NCBI GenBank assembly: GCA_019243075.1
Contig: JAFAUV010000190.1
Coordinates: forward strand, 1-49,329
DNA: 49,329 nt
Reading direction: 5' to 3'
Source of the DNA: Bradyrhizobium sp.
Lineage (GTDB): Bacteria; Pseudomonadota; Alphaproteobacteria; Rhizobiales; Xanthobacteraceae
In this document: positions 1 through 9,972 of the stretch, piece after piece
How positions within the stretch are numbered: position 1 is the first letter of the stretch
Layout of the letters: every line of letters starts with the position of its first letter
The notes under the pieces: model-generated
The model's input: the letters and a program-made list of their open reading frames with translations, nothing else
Told to the model about the DNA's origin: nothing
Databases searched by the model: none
Translations under genes and position numbers: made by a program

Positions 1-606
1 CCTTCCCGCAAGCGGGGCGAGAGCTATCAGCGCTTGGAGTTCCTGGGCGACCATGTGCTCGGGCTGATCGTCTCGGACATGCTCTATCGCAGCTTCCCGA
101 ACGCCGACGAGGGCGAGCTGTCCAAGCGGCTCGCCGATCTCGTGCGCAAGGAGAGCTGCGCCGACGTCGCCAAATCGTTGGGGCTTGCCGACGACATCAA
201 GCTCGGCGCGGTGGGCGCCGGCGCCGGCGCGCGGTTGCGCAAATCCGTGCTGGGTGACATCTGCGAGGCCGTGATCGGCGCGGTTTATCTCGATGGCGGC
301 TACCAGGCGGCTTCCGCCTTCGTCGAGCGCAACTGGACCGAGCGGATGAAGAAGCCGCGGCAGCCGCTGCGCGATCCCAAGACGGTGCTGCAGGAATGGG
401 CGCAGGGCAAGGGCCTGCCGACCCCGGTCTATCGCGAGGTCGAGCGCACCGGGCCGCATCACGATCCCCAGTTCCGCGTCGCGGTCGACCTGCCGGGACT
501 GGCGCCGGCCGAAGGTGTCGGCGGCAGCAAGCGCGCGGCCGAGAAGGTTGCGGCAAGCGTGATGATCGAGCGCGAAGGCGTTGCCGGCGGCAGCAATGAC
601 GGCTGA
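1..606 (+). CDS. rnc: Ribonuclease III (5' truncated by the window edge)
   Basis: The frame is open from base 1 (…SYQRLEFLGD RNase III signature). It has a C-terminal dsRBD (DPKTVLQEWAQ…GSKRAAEKVAA) and lies upstream of era. Confidence 0.97.
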   Translation, partial: PSRKRGESYQRLEFLGDHVLGLIVSDMLYRSFPNADEGELSKRLADLVRKESCADVAKSLGLADDIKLGAVGAGAGARLRKSVLGDICEAVIGAVYLDGGYQAASAFVERNWTERMKKPRQPLRDPKTVLQEWAQGKGLPTPVYREVERTGPHHDPQFRVAVDLPGLAPAEGVGGSKRAAEKVAASVMIEREGVAGGSNDG

Positions 607-1513
607 GGCGACGAGCGCACCGACGCGCTGCGGCTTCATCGCCCTGATCGGCGCTCCCAATGTCGGCAAGTCCACGCTGGTCAACGGCCTGGTCGGCTCC
701 AAGGTCACCATCGTCTCGCGCAAGGTACAGACCACGCGCGCGCTGATCCGCGGCATCGTGATCGACGGGGAAGCGCAGATCATCCTGGTCGATACGCCCG
801 GCATCTTCGCGCCAAAGCGCCGGCTCGACCGCGCCATGGTCTCGAGCGCCTGGAGCGGCGCGCATGACGCCGATCTCGTCTGCGTGCTGCTCGACGCCAA
901 GGCCGGATTGGACGAAGAGGCCGACGCCATCCTGGCTAGGGTTGCCGGCGTCGATCACGAGAAGCTCCTGATCCTGAACAAGATCGATCTGGTGCCGCGC
1001 GAGAAGCTCCTGGCGCTGGCCAAGTCCGCCAACGAACGGCTCGCTTTTGCCCAGACCTTCATGGTCTCCGCATTGTCCGGCGATGGCGTAGCGGATCTGC
1101 GCCATGCGCTCGCGCGGATGGTGCCGGCTGGACCGTTCCTCTATCCCGAGGACCAGATTTCCGACGCCCCGATGCGCCAGCTGGCGGCCGAAACTACCCG
1201 GGAAAAGATCTATCAAAAACTGCACCAGGAATTGCCATATCAGTCGACGGTGGAGACCGATAGCTGGACCGAGCGCAAGGACGGTTCTGTGAAGATTGAA
1301 CAAACGATCTTTGTCGAGCGCGAAAGCCAGCGCAAGATCGTGCTGGGCAAAGGCGGGGCAACCATCAAGTCGATCGGCGCGGCCGCGCGCGAGGAGATCG
1401 CCGAGATCCTCGAAGTTCCCGTGCATCTCTTCCTGTTCGTCAAGGTGCGCGAGAACTGGGGCGACGATCCCGATCGCTATCGTCAGATGGGACTTGAGTT
1501 CCCCAAGGAATAA
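596..1513 (+). CDS. era: GTPase Era
   Basis: G1 GAPNVGKS, G3 DTPG, G4 NKID and a KH domain (IVLGKGG). ATG 596 is preferred over TTG 581. Confidence 0.97.
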   Translation: MTAEATSAPTRCGFIALIGAPNVGKSTLVNGLVGSKVTIVSRKVQTTRALIRGIVIDGEAQIILVDTPGIFAPKRRLDRAMVSSAWSGAHDADLVCVLLDAKAGLDEEADAILARVAGVDHEKLLILNKIDLVPREKLLALAKSANERLAFAQTFMVSALSGDGVADLRHALARMVPAGPFLYPEDQISDAPMRQLAAETTREKIYQKLHQELPYQSTVETDSWTERKDGSVKIEQTIFVERESQRKIVLGKGGATIKSIGAAAREEIAEILEVPVHLFLFVKVRENWGDDPDRYRQMGLEFPKE

Positions 1514-1539
1514 TCGAACAAGAACGGCCGGCTGAAGCG

Positions 1540-1920
1540 ATGAACCTGCCCAAGAACGTGTTCCGGTTCGAAGTGCTGCTCTACGCGTCGTTGATGCTGG
1601 ATGCGCTGTCGGTCGCTGTCCAGGACCGCACCCCGAGCGCCGACATGACCGATCAGATGATCATGGCCGCGACCCTGGTGGCGGGCGGCATGATCCTGCT
1701 GCTGCTCTATTTCGTCTGGCTCGCCGCCCGCCATCGCAAGAATTGGCCGCGCTGGGTGCTGGCCGCGGCGCTGGTGCTGTCGGTCATCTCGCTGGTCCAG
1801 GTGATCGGGGAGAACGGCCTCGAGCTCGACAGCCTGATCGAGATCGTATCCTGCGCATTGACCGCCGCCGGGCTCTACTACTCCTTCACCGGCGACGCCC
1901 AGGGCTGGTTCAACGCGTGA
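1540..1920 (+). CDS. Hypothetical membrane protein (about 4 TM helices)
   Basis: 126 aa, hydrophobic segments, RKNWPRW loop, high-GC3 codon usage, between era and recO. Confidence 0.8.
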   Translation: MNLPKNVFRFEVLLYASLMLDALSVAVQDRTPSADMTDQMIMAATLVAGGMILLLLYFVWLAARHRKNWPRWVLAAALVLSVISLVQVIGENGLELDSLIEIVSCALTAAGLYYSFTGDAQGWFNA

Positions 1921-1933
1921 GCCGCAGGGCGAC

Positions 1934-2026
1934 GGCGGGCGGGCAAAGGCGCATCTTCGCGCCGTGCCCTACCGGCCATGCCTGGTGACCGCTGCGGTGG
2001 GCTCGCTTCGCTTGGCTCGCCCTACG
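1934..2026. repeat. Degenerate GTAG-family REP doublet (REPIN-like)
   Basis: GGGCAAAGGCGC…GCGCCGTGCCC and GGTGGGCTCGCTTCGCTTGGCTCGCCCTACG; similar to the element at 45697-45786. Confidence 0.7.
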
Positions 2027-2042
2027 TGCTAGCTTTGAAACC

Positions 2043-2798
2043 ATGGAATGGACCGACGAGGGCATCGTGCTCGGGGTGCGGCGGCATGGCGAATCCTCCG
2101 CCATTGTCGAACTGCTGACGCGCGAGCATGGCCGCCATCTCGGCTTGGTGCGGGGCGGGGCCTCCTCGCGGATGCGGCCCTTGCTGCAGCCCGGCAACAG
2201 CGTCGCTGTGGTGTGGCGGGCGCGACTCGACGAGCATCTCGGCATGTACACGCTGGAGGGTACGCGGCTGCGTGCGGCGATGCTGCTGGCGTCCTCGCAT
2301 GCCGTCTATGGCGTGACGCATCTGGCTGCGCTGGCGCGGCTGTTGCCTGAACGCGATCCGCACCAGGATATCTACGAGATGCTGCAGCAGACGCTCGACG
2401 ATTTCGACGATGCCGGCGGCGCCGCCGTGCATCTCATCCGCTTCGAGCTCGCCATGCTGGGCGAGCTCGGCTTCGGGCTCGATCTGGAAAACTGCGCCGC
2501 GACGGGCGAGACCAACGATCTCATCTATGTCTCGCCGAAATCCGGCGGCGCCGTCTCCCGCGCCGCCGGCGACCCCTGGCGCGACCGGCTCCTGCGGCTG
2601 CCGCCGTTCTTGCGTCACGACGAGGATGGCGCCCGCGGATGGACCGACGGGGATCTGCAGGACGGCTTTCAGCTCACCGGCCTGTTCCTGCTGCGTCATG
2701 TGCTGGAACCGCGCGGGCAGGGCCACTCCGATGCGCGCGACGGCTTCATCAATGCGGTGATGAGGAAGCGCACGAAGCTCGGCACCGCACTGTCCTGA
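2043..2798 (+). CDS. recO: DNA repair protein RecO
   Basis: [18 protein letters not shown]-terminus, CAATG…YVSPKSG motif, rnc-era-recO synteny. Confidence 0.96.
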   Translation: MEWTDEGIVLGVRRHGESSAIVELLTREHGRHLGLVRGGASSRMRPLLQPGNSVAVVWRARLDEHLGMYTLEGTRLRAAMLLASSHAVYGVTHLAALARLLPERDPHQDIYEMLQQTLDDFDDAGGAAVHLIRFELAMLGELGFGLDLENCAATGETNDLIYVSPKSGGAVSRAAGDPWRDRLLRLPPFLRHDEDGARGWTDGDLQDGFQLTGLFLLRHVLEPRGQGHSDARDGFINAVMRKRTKLGTALS

Positions 2799-2952
2799 CG
2801 CCTTCCACATCAGGCGAAGGGCGCCCCACCGGCCCACCCGCGATCCCGAGACGGTACGCGATGCTGCAAAATTTCCCTGCGCCGGCCATCTTTTCGGGCG
2901 CATGCGCGGCCACCTTCATCGCGTTCGGGCGGTTTTGCGTGGGAGTTGCGTC

Positions 2953-3132
2953 ATGGACATGGACCTGCGGAGCAAGGTGGAGAAATACGAGGGAAAGGCT
3001 GCCAAATGCCGGGAAGCGGCTCTGCAGGCAGCCGAAGGCGCCCAGCGGACGATGTACGAAGTGCTCGCGGACTATTATGGCGGACTGGCCACGGATTTCC
3101 GCCAGGCCATTGACAAGCGCAAGCTCGGGTAG
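2953..3132 (+). CDS. Small hypothetical helical protein (59 aa)
   Basis: GGGAG RBS before ATG 2953. MDMDLRSKVEKYEGKAAKCREAA…YEVLADYYGGLA resembles the sORF at 22806-22970. Confidence 0.7.
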   Translation: MDMDLRSKVEKYEGKAAKCREAALQAAEGAQRTMYEVLADYYGGLATDFRQAIDKRKLG

Positions 3133-3311
3133 CCGATTGCGCTGGTTGCCAGGCGGCGACCACCGCTGATTTTCGCAAGCCGTCGCAGATGATCCGGGTT
3201 CCAGGATCACGATTGGTCGACAGCTCATTGCGCTGCTCGGCCCGATTTAATTTGCGCGCATGAGTCGAGTCTGATTCTCTGCGGAACGTGAATACTATTT
3301 CGGGGGGCGTT

Positions 3312-3584
3312 ATGTTGTTACGTGTCGCCGGCGCCATGGCGCTCGGCCTTTTTCTGTCATCTCCGCCGTCGGATGCCTTGGCGGGCGGCGGTCAGTCCGG
3401 CCTGATCCACCGGGTGTCGTGCGGCGTGGTTCGCTACTATGTGGCGAAGTATTCCGCCTCGGCCGCGGAGATGTGGGCGCGCAGCCACGGCGCCTCGGAG
3501 GCCGAGATCGAGACGGCGCGCCGCTGCCTGACGGAGGCGCCGGCGCAGACGGCGCAGGCCGCGCATTGGTACGGCGGCCGGTAG
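3312..3584 (+). CDS. Small predicted secreted protein with two Cys
   Basis: Signal-peptide-like N-terminus (…DALA-G), then SCGVVRYYVAKY…ARRCL. The start could be 3288 or 3312. Confidence 0.65.
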   Translation: MLLRVAGAMALGLFLSSPPSDALAGGGQSGLIHRVSCGVVRYYVAKYSASAAEMWARSHGASEAEIETARRCLTEAPAQTAQAAHWYGGR

Positions 3585-3653
3585 AGGCGGCCGCGGCGGG
3601 CTGTAACGGCGGCAATGGCTTGAATTCTCGCCGCCGGCGTGTTGTTTCGGGTC

Positions 3654-4766
3654 ATGTCAGCTTCCGCGCAACAGCAGTTCCTTCCCCGCATCGAGTCTCT
3701 GCGTGGCCTCGCGGCCCTGACGGTTGCCCTGATGCATGTCACCATGTCGTGGTTCGCCGCGCAGCCGCGCGGCGACTTCGACCAGGTCGGCCTCAAGGCG
3801 ATCAAGGCGATGGGCAACGGCTTTGGCGCGGTGGTTGCCTTTTTCGTCATCAGCGGCTTCGTGCTGGCGCGCTCGCTCGATCGCGATTTCAACGCCACGC
3901 GTTTTATCAGGGCGCGGATTTTCCGGCTGTTTCCCGCCGCCATCAGCACGATCTGCATCTTCGCCGCGCTATTCTATGCATTCGGCTTCAATCTCTATGA
4001 AGAAGAGGGCGCCGTCATCACGCCCCTCAACATCGTAGCGAACATGCTGATGTTGCACACGGACATCGATAAGGTGATGTGGTCGATGAAGGCGGAGTTG
4101 GCGGCAACGCCGTTGATTTTCCTGTGTGTCTGGCTGTTTCGGCGTTACGGAGAACGGCCTGTCATCGCTATCGCCTGGCTCCTGTTCGCCCTGTCGTTCC
4201 TGGGCCAGTACTGTCACGCGATCGGCAACGACACCAACCTGTCGCCGCTTTACGCCTTTCCGATCGGCGTCCTGGTGCAGTTCAAGGGCGCCGCCCTTGC
4301 CAAGCGCCTTGGTGCCAACGCGGTCCCGCTCTGCGCGCTGGCATCGATCGGCCTGTTTTGGACGTGTTCCTTTCTCAAGCCCGAGGGGACATGGATGGCG
4401 CTGGTGGAATGCTTGAGCGCGGCAACGCTCGTCATGCTGGTCGCCTATCGCACCGATACGGCGGCGTTTGCACCGCTCGATCTGCCGATCGTCAGGTTCT
4501 ATGGCAGGATTTCCTACAGCTTCTATCTCCTCCATCCCCTGTCGCTGTGGACGGCGGCCCGGCTCACGTCATATTTGTGGGTGCAATATAGCTGGCTGCC
4601 CGTGACGTTGATCCTCGCCGCCAGCTTCTTGTATTCGCTCATCTTCACCACGCCGCTCGCCTTTCTCTCCTGGCGCTATGTCGAGCAGCCGGCGCTGAAG
4701 TGGCGCTCGGCCCGGCGGCCGGCGGGCCCGCTGGCGGTTTCCGGTGATGTCCGCCTTACGCCCTGA
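3654..4766 (+). CDS. Acyltransferase family 3 (OafA/YrhL-like) membrane O-acyltransferase
   Basis: IESLRGLAAL..H, VAFFVISGFVL, R..RLFP, WSM..E, GRISYSFYLLH and SWRYVEQP motifs. Confidence 0.9.
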   Translation: MSASAQQQFLPRIESLRGLAALTVALMHVTMSWFAAQPRGDFDQVGLKAIKAMGNGFGAVVAFFVISGFVLARSLDRDFNATRFIRARIFRLFPAAISTICIFAALFYAFGFNLYEEEGAVITPLNIVANMLMLHTDIDKVMWSMKAELAATPLIFLCVWLFRRYGERPVIAIAWLLFALSFLGQYCHAIGNDTNLSPLYAFPIGVLVQFKGAALAKRLGANAVPLCALASIGLFWTCSFLKPEGTWMALVECLSAATLVMLVAYRTDTAAFAPLDLPIVRFYGRISYSFYLLHPLSLWTAARLTSYLWVQYSWLPVTLILAASFLYSLIFTTPLAFLSWRYVEQPALKWRSARRPAGPLAVSGDVRLTP

Positions 4767-4803
4767 TTCGCGGCTTGTCCGATTCGCGCCAAGGGTCTAA
4801 CGG
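4764..4803 (+). promoter_or_regulatory. Putative sigma70 parC promoter with two YGATTCG (CcrM/GcrA-type) sites
   Basis: TGATTCG at 4764-4770 and CGATTCG at 4780-4786 flank CTTGTC, followed by GTCTAA just upstream of the parC ATG. Confidence 0.45.
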
Positions 4804-4809
4804 GGGCCC

Positions 4810-7062
4810 ATGGGAAAATCACTGATTCCGCCCGAGCCGGAGAAGATTGACGAGGTTCCGCTGCGCGATGCGCTGGAGGAGCGTTATCTTGCCTATGCGC
4901 TCTCGACCATCATGCATCGCGCACTGCCGGATGCGCGCGACGGCCTCAAACCGGTGCACCGCCGCATCCTCTATGGCATGCGCTCGCTGAGCCTCAATCC
5001 CGGCTCCATTCCGAAGAAGTCGGCCAAGATCGTCGGCGAAGTGATGGGCTCGTACCATCCCCACGGCGACCAGGCGATCTACGACGCCATGGTGCGCCTG
5101 GCGCAGGATTTCAACTCGCGTTATCCGATGGTCGACGGCCAGGGCAATTTCGGCAACATCGATGGCGATAACCCCGCCGCGATGCGCTACACCGAGGCGC
5201 GGCTGACCGACGTCGCGCGCTTGATGCTGGAGGGCATCGACGAAGACGCCGTCGAGCTCAAGCCGACCTATGACAACAGCGGCAAGGAACCTGCGGTTCT
5301 GCCCGGCGGCTTCCCGAACCTGCTTGCCAACGGAGCGCAAGGCATCGCGGTCGGCATGGCGACCTCGATCCCGCCGCATAACGCGTCCGAGCTGTGCGAC
5401 GCTGCGCTGCATCTGATCGACAAGCCCGAAGCGAAGTCGAAGTCGCTGCTGAAATGGGTGAAGGGGCCGGATTTCCCGACCGGCGGCATCATCGTCGATT
5501 CCAAGGAGGCGATCGCGGAAGCCTATGTCACCGGCCGCGGCGCCTTCCGCACCCGCGCCAGATGGGTGCAGGAAGAGGGCGCGCGCGGCACCTGGGTCGT
5601 GGTCGTGACCGAAATCCCGTGGCTGGTGCAGAAGTCGCGGCTGGTCGAGAAGATCGCGGAGTTACTGAACGAGAAGAAGCTGCCGCTGGTCGGCGACATC
5701 AGGGACGAATCCGCGGAAGACATCCGCCTCGTCATCGAGCCGAAGTCGCGCGCGGTCGACCCGGAATTGATGATGGAATCGCTGTTCCGGCTGACCGAGC
5801 TGGAAAGCCGGATTCCGCTGAACCTCAACGTGCTGATCAAGGGCAAGGTGCCCAAGGTCGTTGGGCTCGCCGAGTGCCTGCGCGAATGGCTCGACCATCT
5901 GCGTGACGTGCTGATCCGCCGCACCAATTACCGCAAGAGCCGGATCGAGCATCGCCTGGAAGTGCTCGGCGGCTATCTGATCGCCTATCTGAACATCGAC
6001 AAGGTGATCAAGATCATCCGCGCCGAGGACGAGCCCAAGCCCGTGCTGATGAGGACCTTCAAACTCACGGAGGTCCAGGCCGATTCCATCCTCAACATGC
6101 GCCTGCGCAACTTGCGCAAGCTTGAGGAGATGGAAATCCGCACCGAGGACAAGAACCTCCGCAACGAGCTGAAGGGCATCACGTCGCTGCTCGGCTCCGA
6201 GACCGAGCAATGGGCCAAGGTCGGCGAGCAGGTGAAGAAGGTCCGCGACATGTTCGGACCCAAGACGCCACTCGGCAAGCGCCGCACGGCATTCGCCGAC
6301 GCGCCCGAGCACGATCTCGCCGCGATCGAGGAGGCCTTTGTCGAGCGCGAGCCGGTCACGGTCGTGGTCTCCGAAAAAGGTTGGGTCCGCACCATGAAGG
6401 GCCACATGGCCGACCTCTCGGGCCTGCAGTTCAAGACCGACGACAAGCTTGACCAGGCCTTCTTCGCCGAGAGCACGTCAAAACTCCTGCTGTTTGCCAC
6501 CAACGGCAAATTCTATTCGCTCGACGTGGCAAAACTGCCGGGCGGTCGCGGCCATGGCGAGCCGATCCGCATGTTCGTCGACCTGGACCAGGACGCGGCC
6601 ATCACGGCGCTGTTCGTCAACAAGGGCGGCCGCAAATTCCTGATCACGAGTTCGGACGGGCAGGGCTTCATCGTCGGCGAGGACGATTGCGTCGGCAACA
6701 CCCGCAAGGGCAAGCAGGTCATGAACGTGAAGCTGCCGGCCGAGGCCAAGGCGATCACGACCGTCGCCGGCGACATGGTCGCGGTGATCGGCACCAACCA
6801 CAAGATGGTGGTGTTCGGCATCGACCAGGTGCCGGAAATGGCGCGCGGCCGCGGCGTGCGGTTGCAGAAATACACCAGCGCCTCGCTCTCCGACGTCACC
6901 ACCTTCGATTCCAAGACCGGCCTTGCCTGGAAGGACGGCGCCGGCCGCGACCAGGGCATGAGCATGAAGGAACTGGCCGATTGGCAGGGCAACCGCGCCG
7001 ATGCCGGCCGGCTCGCCCATGGCCTGCCGAAATCGAACAAGTTCGGCAAACCGGTCGAATAG
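4810..7062 (+). CDS. parC: DNA topoisomerase IV subunit A
   Basis: [20 protein letters not shown], catalytic AAMRYTE, no GyrA box, 750 aa. Confidence 0.96.
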   Translation: MGKSLIPPEPEKIDEVPLRDALEERYLAYALSTIMHRALPDARDGLKPVHRRILYGMRSLSLNPGSIPKKSAKIVGEVMGSYHPHGDQAIYDAMVRLAQDFNSRYPMVDGQGNFGNIDGDNPAAMRYTEARLTDVARLMLEGIDEDAVELKPTYDNSGKEPAVLPGGFPNLLANGAQGIAVGMATSIPPHNASELCDAALHLIDKPEAKSKSLLKWVKGPDFPTGGIIVDSKEAIAEAYVTGRGAFRTRARWVQEEGARGTWVVVVTEIPWLVQKSRLVEKIAELLNEKKLPLVGDIRDESAEDIRLVIEPKSRAVDPELMMESLFRLTELESRIPLNLNVLIKGKVPKVVGLAECLREWLDHLRDVLIRRTNYRKSRIEHRLEVLGGYLIAYLNIDKVIKIIRAEDEPKPVLMRTFKLTEVQADSILNMRLRNLRKLEEMEIRTEDKNLRNELKGITSLLGSETEQWAKVGEQVKKVRDMFGPKTPLGKRRTAFADAPEHDLAAIEEAFVEREPVTVVVSEKGWVRTMKGHMADLSGLQFKTDDKLDQAFFAESTSKLLLFATNGKFYSLDVAKLPGGRGHGEPIRMFVDLDQDAAITALFVNKGGRKFLITSSDGQGFIVGEDDCVGNTRKGKQVMNVKLPAEAKAITTVAGDMVAVIGTNHKMVVFGIDQVPEMARGRGVRLQKYTSASLSDVTTFDSKTGLAWKDGAGRDQGMSMKELADWQGNRADAGRLAHGLPKSNKFGKPVE

Positions 7063-7136
7063 GGCGCTGTAATAGTATTCGTTTGACGCGGCGCTATAAC
7101 CGTGGCCGATCATCAATCGGCTGCGGTTTGGGCGCA

Positions 7137-8096
7137 ATGGCGCATCATCATCATTCCCACGATCATCAAGGCCATTCCCGCGTGCATGACCATGGCGGGC
7201 ACAGCCATGCCGGCCACAGCCATGCACCCGGTGATTTCGGCTTCGCCTTCGCCATCGGCTCGAGCCTGAATGCGGCCTTCGTGGCGGTCGAACTGGTGTT
7301 CGGCTATGCCGCCAATTCGCTGGCGCTGGTATCGGACGCCGTCCACAATCTTTCCGACGTGATGGCGTTGCTGCTGGCCTGGGGCGCGACTTGGCTTGCG
7401 CAGAAACGGCCGACCGACACCCACACCTATGGCTATCGCCGCGCCTCGATCCTGGTCGCGCTGTTCAATGCCGGTCTGTTGCTGGTGGCGGTCGGCGGCA
7501 TTGCGGTCGAGGCGGTCAACCGCATCCAGGCGCCGGCGAGAGTCGCGAGCTGGACGGTCGTGTGGGTGGCGGCGATCGGCATCCTCATCAATGGCGGCAC
7601 CGCGCTGTTGTTCATGCGCGGGCGCCACCACGACCTGAACATCCGCGGCGCCTACCTGCACATGGCCGCGGACGCAAGCGTCTCGCTCGGCGTGGTGGTG
7701 GCGGCGCTGTCGATCATGGCCACCGGATGGTTTTGGATCGATCCTGTGATCAGCCTTTGCATTTCCGCCGTCGTGCTCGCGAGCGGCTGGGGGCTTGCGC
7801 GCGACAGCGTCAATCTCGCCCTCGACGCGGTGCCGAAGGGCATTGAATTGGCGCACGTCCAGCACTATTTCCGTTCGCTCGACGGCGTGACCGAGGTGCA
7901 CGATCTCCATGTCTGGGCCATGAGCACCAACGAGACCGCGCTGACGGCGCATCTGGTGCGGCCCGATGGCCACGACGACGCCTTCCTGCACCACGTCTGC
8001 GAGGAGCTGGCGCATCGTTTCAACATTCACCACGCCACGCTGCAGATCGAGAAGAGCGGCGAGGTCTGCAAGCTCGCGCCGGCGGAGATGGTGTGA
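7137..8096 (+). CDS. Cation diffusion facilitator (CzcD/ZitB-like Zn/Co/Cd exporter)
   Basis: His-rich N-terminus, SLALVSDAVHNLSD, HTYGY, LNIRGAYLHMAAD, HDLHVW. The track's 6687 start is a shadow extension inside parC. Confidence 0.93.
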   Translation: MAHHHHSHDHQGHSRVHDHGGHSHAGHSHAPGDFGFAFAIGSSLNAAFVAVELVFGYAANSLALVSDAVHNLSDVMALLLAWGATWLAQKRPTDTHTYGYRRASILVALFNAGLLLVAVGGIAVEAVNRIQAPARVASWTVVWVAAIGILINGGTALLFMRGRHHDLNIRGAYLHMAADASVSLGVVVAALSIMATGWFWIDPVISLCISAVVLASGWGLARDSVNLALDAVPKGIELAHVQHYFRSLDGVTEVHDLHVWAMSTNETALTAHLVRPDGHDDAFLHHVCEELAHRFNIHHATLQIEKSGEVCKLAPAEMV

Positions 8097-8167
8097 AGCC
8101 AGCGCCGTTCTTGAGTCGTTCGCGGTCAAGATTTGACGGAATCGTCGCTAAGTGCATTCTCCTCGGC

Positions 8168-8464
8168 ATGTTCAGAGATTGCCGACTGGCTCGCATGAGC
8201 GACGGTCACTATTGCATCGTGCGGGACCTCGGCCCTGTGAAGGGCGGCAGAGGCATGAAGCATCACGAGGTGATCGTCGACTTCAACCTTCGCGGAATGG
8301 TGAAGCTGACGAAGCGTGGCTTTGCGCAGCTTGTGGCGAGCCTGCGCTCCGACGCGCGCCCCTCGAAGGATCCGAGCAGGGCTCCGGCATCGCGAGATAG
8401 GTCGAGCGGGTCAAAAAGCCGCCGGATGCCTAGCGCTGCGGCACGGAGACCGGTGGTGGGCTGA
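8168..8464 (+). CDS. Hypothetical protein
   Basis: ATG 8168 follows a TTGACG-N16-CATTCT promoter-like element. Basic protein MFRDCRLARMSDGHYCIVRDLG…. Confidence 0.55.
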   Translation: MFRDCRLARMSDGHYCIVRDLGPVKGGRGMKHHEVIVDFNLRGMVKLTKRGFAQLVASLRSDARPSKDPSRAPASRDRSSGSKSRRMPSAAARRPVVG

Positions 8465-8633
8465 TCGGGCTGCCGGTCCTTCTCGGATTCATCGTGCCGG
8501 CGAGGAAGGAGAGTGCCCACACCAGGATCAGGGTGATGAGATAGACCACGTAGACTTGCGGCGGCTTGGTCGCCCAGCGCCACAGCCCGCGGATGCCACT
8601 TTCCTGGTCTTCATCGCCGTTGTTGTCGTTCAT
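8430..8633 (-). CDS. Small single-TM membrane protein (67 aa)
   Basis: One hydrophobic helix VYVVYLITLILVWALSFLAG and a Pro-rich tail. Confidence 0.65.
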   Translation of the reverse strand: MNDNNGDEDQESGIRGLWRWATKPPQVYVVYLITLILVWALSFLAGTMNPRRTGSPISPPPVSVPQR

Positions 8634-8674
8634 GGCTCGTTGTGCGCGAATTGAGCGGTGAAGGGAAGGGCCAA

Positions 8675-9847
8675 CTATCCCCGGTGCGCCCGAGATGGCG
8701 GCGATCGTTCATGCACCAGCAACAGTGCGAGCAGTGCCGCAAGGCTGAGGGCCGAGGAGACGATCAGGACGCGGCTTCCCATCCAGTCGATCAATAGACC
8801 GAAGACCAGCGGAGCCGGTGCCTGCGCCATGCGCGCGGGCGCGCCGAGCAGGCCGAGCCGGTAGCCGAAATTCTCCGGTCCGAAGATCGCGAGCGGCAGC
8901 GTGCCGCGTGCGATCGTGATCACGCCATTGCCGGCGCCATGGAAGACCGCGAACACGCTCGCGGCAGCACCGCCCGTCAATGCGAGGATGAGCGCTCCAA
9001 GCGGGTGCATGACAAAGGCGAGCCGTGCCGAGACGATCGGGTGATAGCGGCTCAGGAAGCCGATCTCGACAATCCGCGCGAGCACCTGCGCCGGCCCGAT
9101 CAGCGCGCCGGCTGCGACCGCTTTCAGATGGCTGGCGCCGGCCGCCTCCAGGATGCGCGGAAATTGCGCCGCCATCGCGCCCGTCACGATCCACACCAGC
9201 GCGAAAGCGAGTGCGAGCAGCACCATGCTGCGATCGACCGGGATGTGCGGCTTCGGTTCCTCCTTCGCGACGGCCTCGCCGTCCGGCACGCGCGGCAGCA
9301 TCAACAGATTGAGCGGGAGCCCAATCAGGATATGCGCCGCCGCCCACCCAAGGCAGGTCTCGCGCCAGCCGACATGGGCGAGCCCATAGGCCGTCAGCGG
9401 CCAGCCGATCGTGCTGGCAAAGCCGGCCATCAGCGTGATGCCGGTGATCGCGCCGCGGGCGGCCTCGCCATAGATGCGCCCGAGCGCGCCGAACGCGGCG
9501 TCATAGAGGCCGTATCCCATGCCGATGCCAAGCAGGACCCAGGCTGCGATCAGAACCGTTATCGATTGGGCGAAGCCGAGCAGCGCCAGGCCGCCGGCCA
9601 ATATCACGTTGGAGAAGGACAGCACCGGACGGCCGCCGACCCGGTCGATCTGCCGGCCGATGCGAGGTCCAAGCAGGCCCGCGATCACGAGCGCGGCGGA
9701 GTAGGCGGCAAAAATCCAGTTCGCGGAAATGCCGAGATCATGGGCGATCGGGTCGGCCACCAGCGCCGGCAAATAGACGCTGGAAGCCCAGGCCAGGGTC
9801 TGGGTCGTGCCAAGTGCCAGGATGACGGGGAGTCGACGTCCTCTCAT
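8675..9847 (-). CDS. MFS transporter
   Basis: About 12 TM helices, GRQIDRVGGR motif A, GFASTIGWP. Confidence 0.92.
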   Translation of the reverse strand: MRGRRLPVILALGTTQTLAWASSVYLPALVADPIAHDLGISANWIFAAYSAALVIAGLLGPRIGRQIDRVGGRPVLSFSNVILAGGLALLGFAQSITVLIAAWVLLGIGMGYGLYDAAFGALGRIYGEAARGAITGITLMAGFASTIGWPLTAYGLAHVGWRETCLGWAAAHILIGLPLNLLMLPRVPDGEAVAKEEPKPHIPVDRSMVLLALAFALVWIVTGAMAAQFPRILEAAGASHLKAVAAGALIGPAQVLARIVEIGFLSRYHPIVSARLAFVMHPLGALILALTGGAAASVFAVFHGAGNGVITIARGTLPLAIFGPENFGYRLGLLGAPARMAQAPAPLVFGLLIDWMGSRVLIVSSALSLAALLALLLVHERSPPSRAHRG

Positions 9848-9972
9848 GACGTGGGCGTCGCCGTCGTGTCGTGCCGAGTTCGCATCTCGCTGACATTTGC
9901 GCGCGAGGCGTGACGCGCGTCAACCCACACGCATGCGCTTCCGCTTGGCGCGATTGCACGGCATAATGGCGC

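Noticed and set aside
3283-3311. EcfG promoter GGAAC…CGTT
   Set aside because: The spacer is 20 nt instead of 16-17.
7083-7100. TTGACG…TATAAC as the CDF promoter
   Set aside because: The hexamers are only 6 nt apart and cannot be a -35/-10 pair.
6687-7136. N-terminal extension of the CDF ORF
   Set aside because: It is an off-frame overlap with parC; the His-rich start at 7137 is the natural N-terminus.
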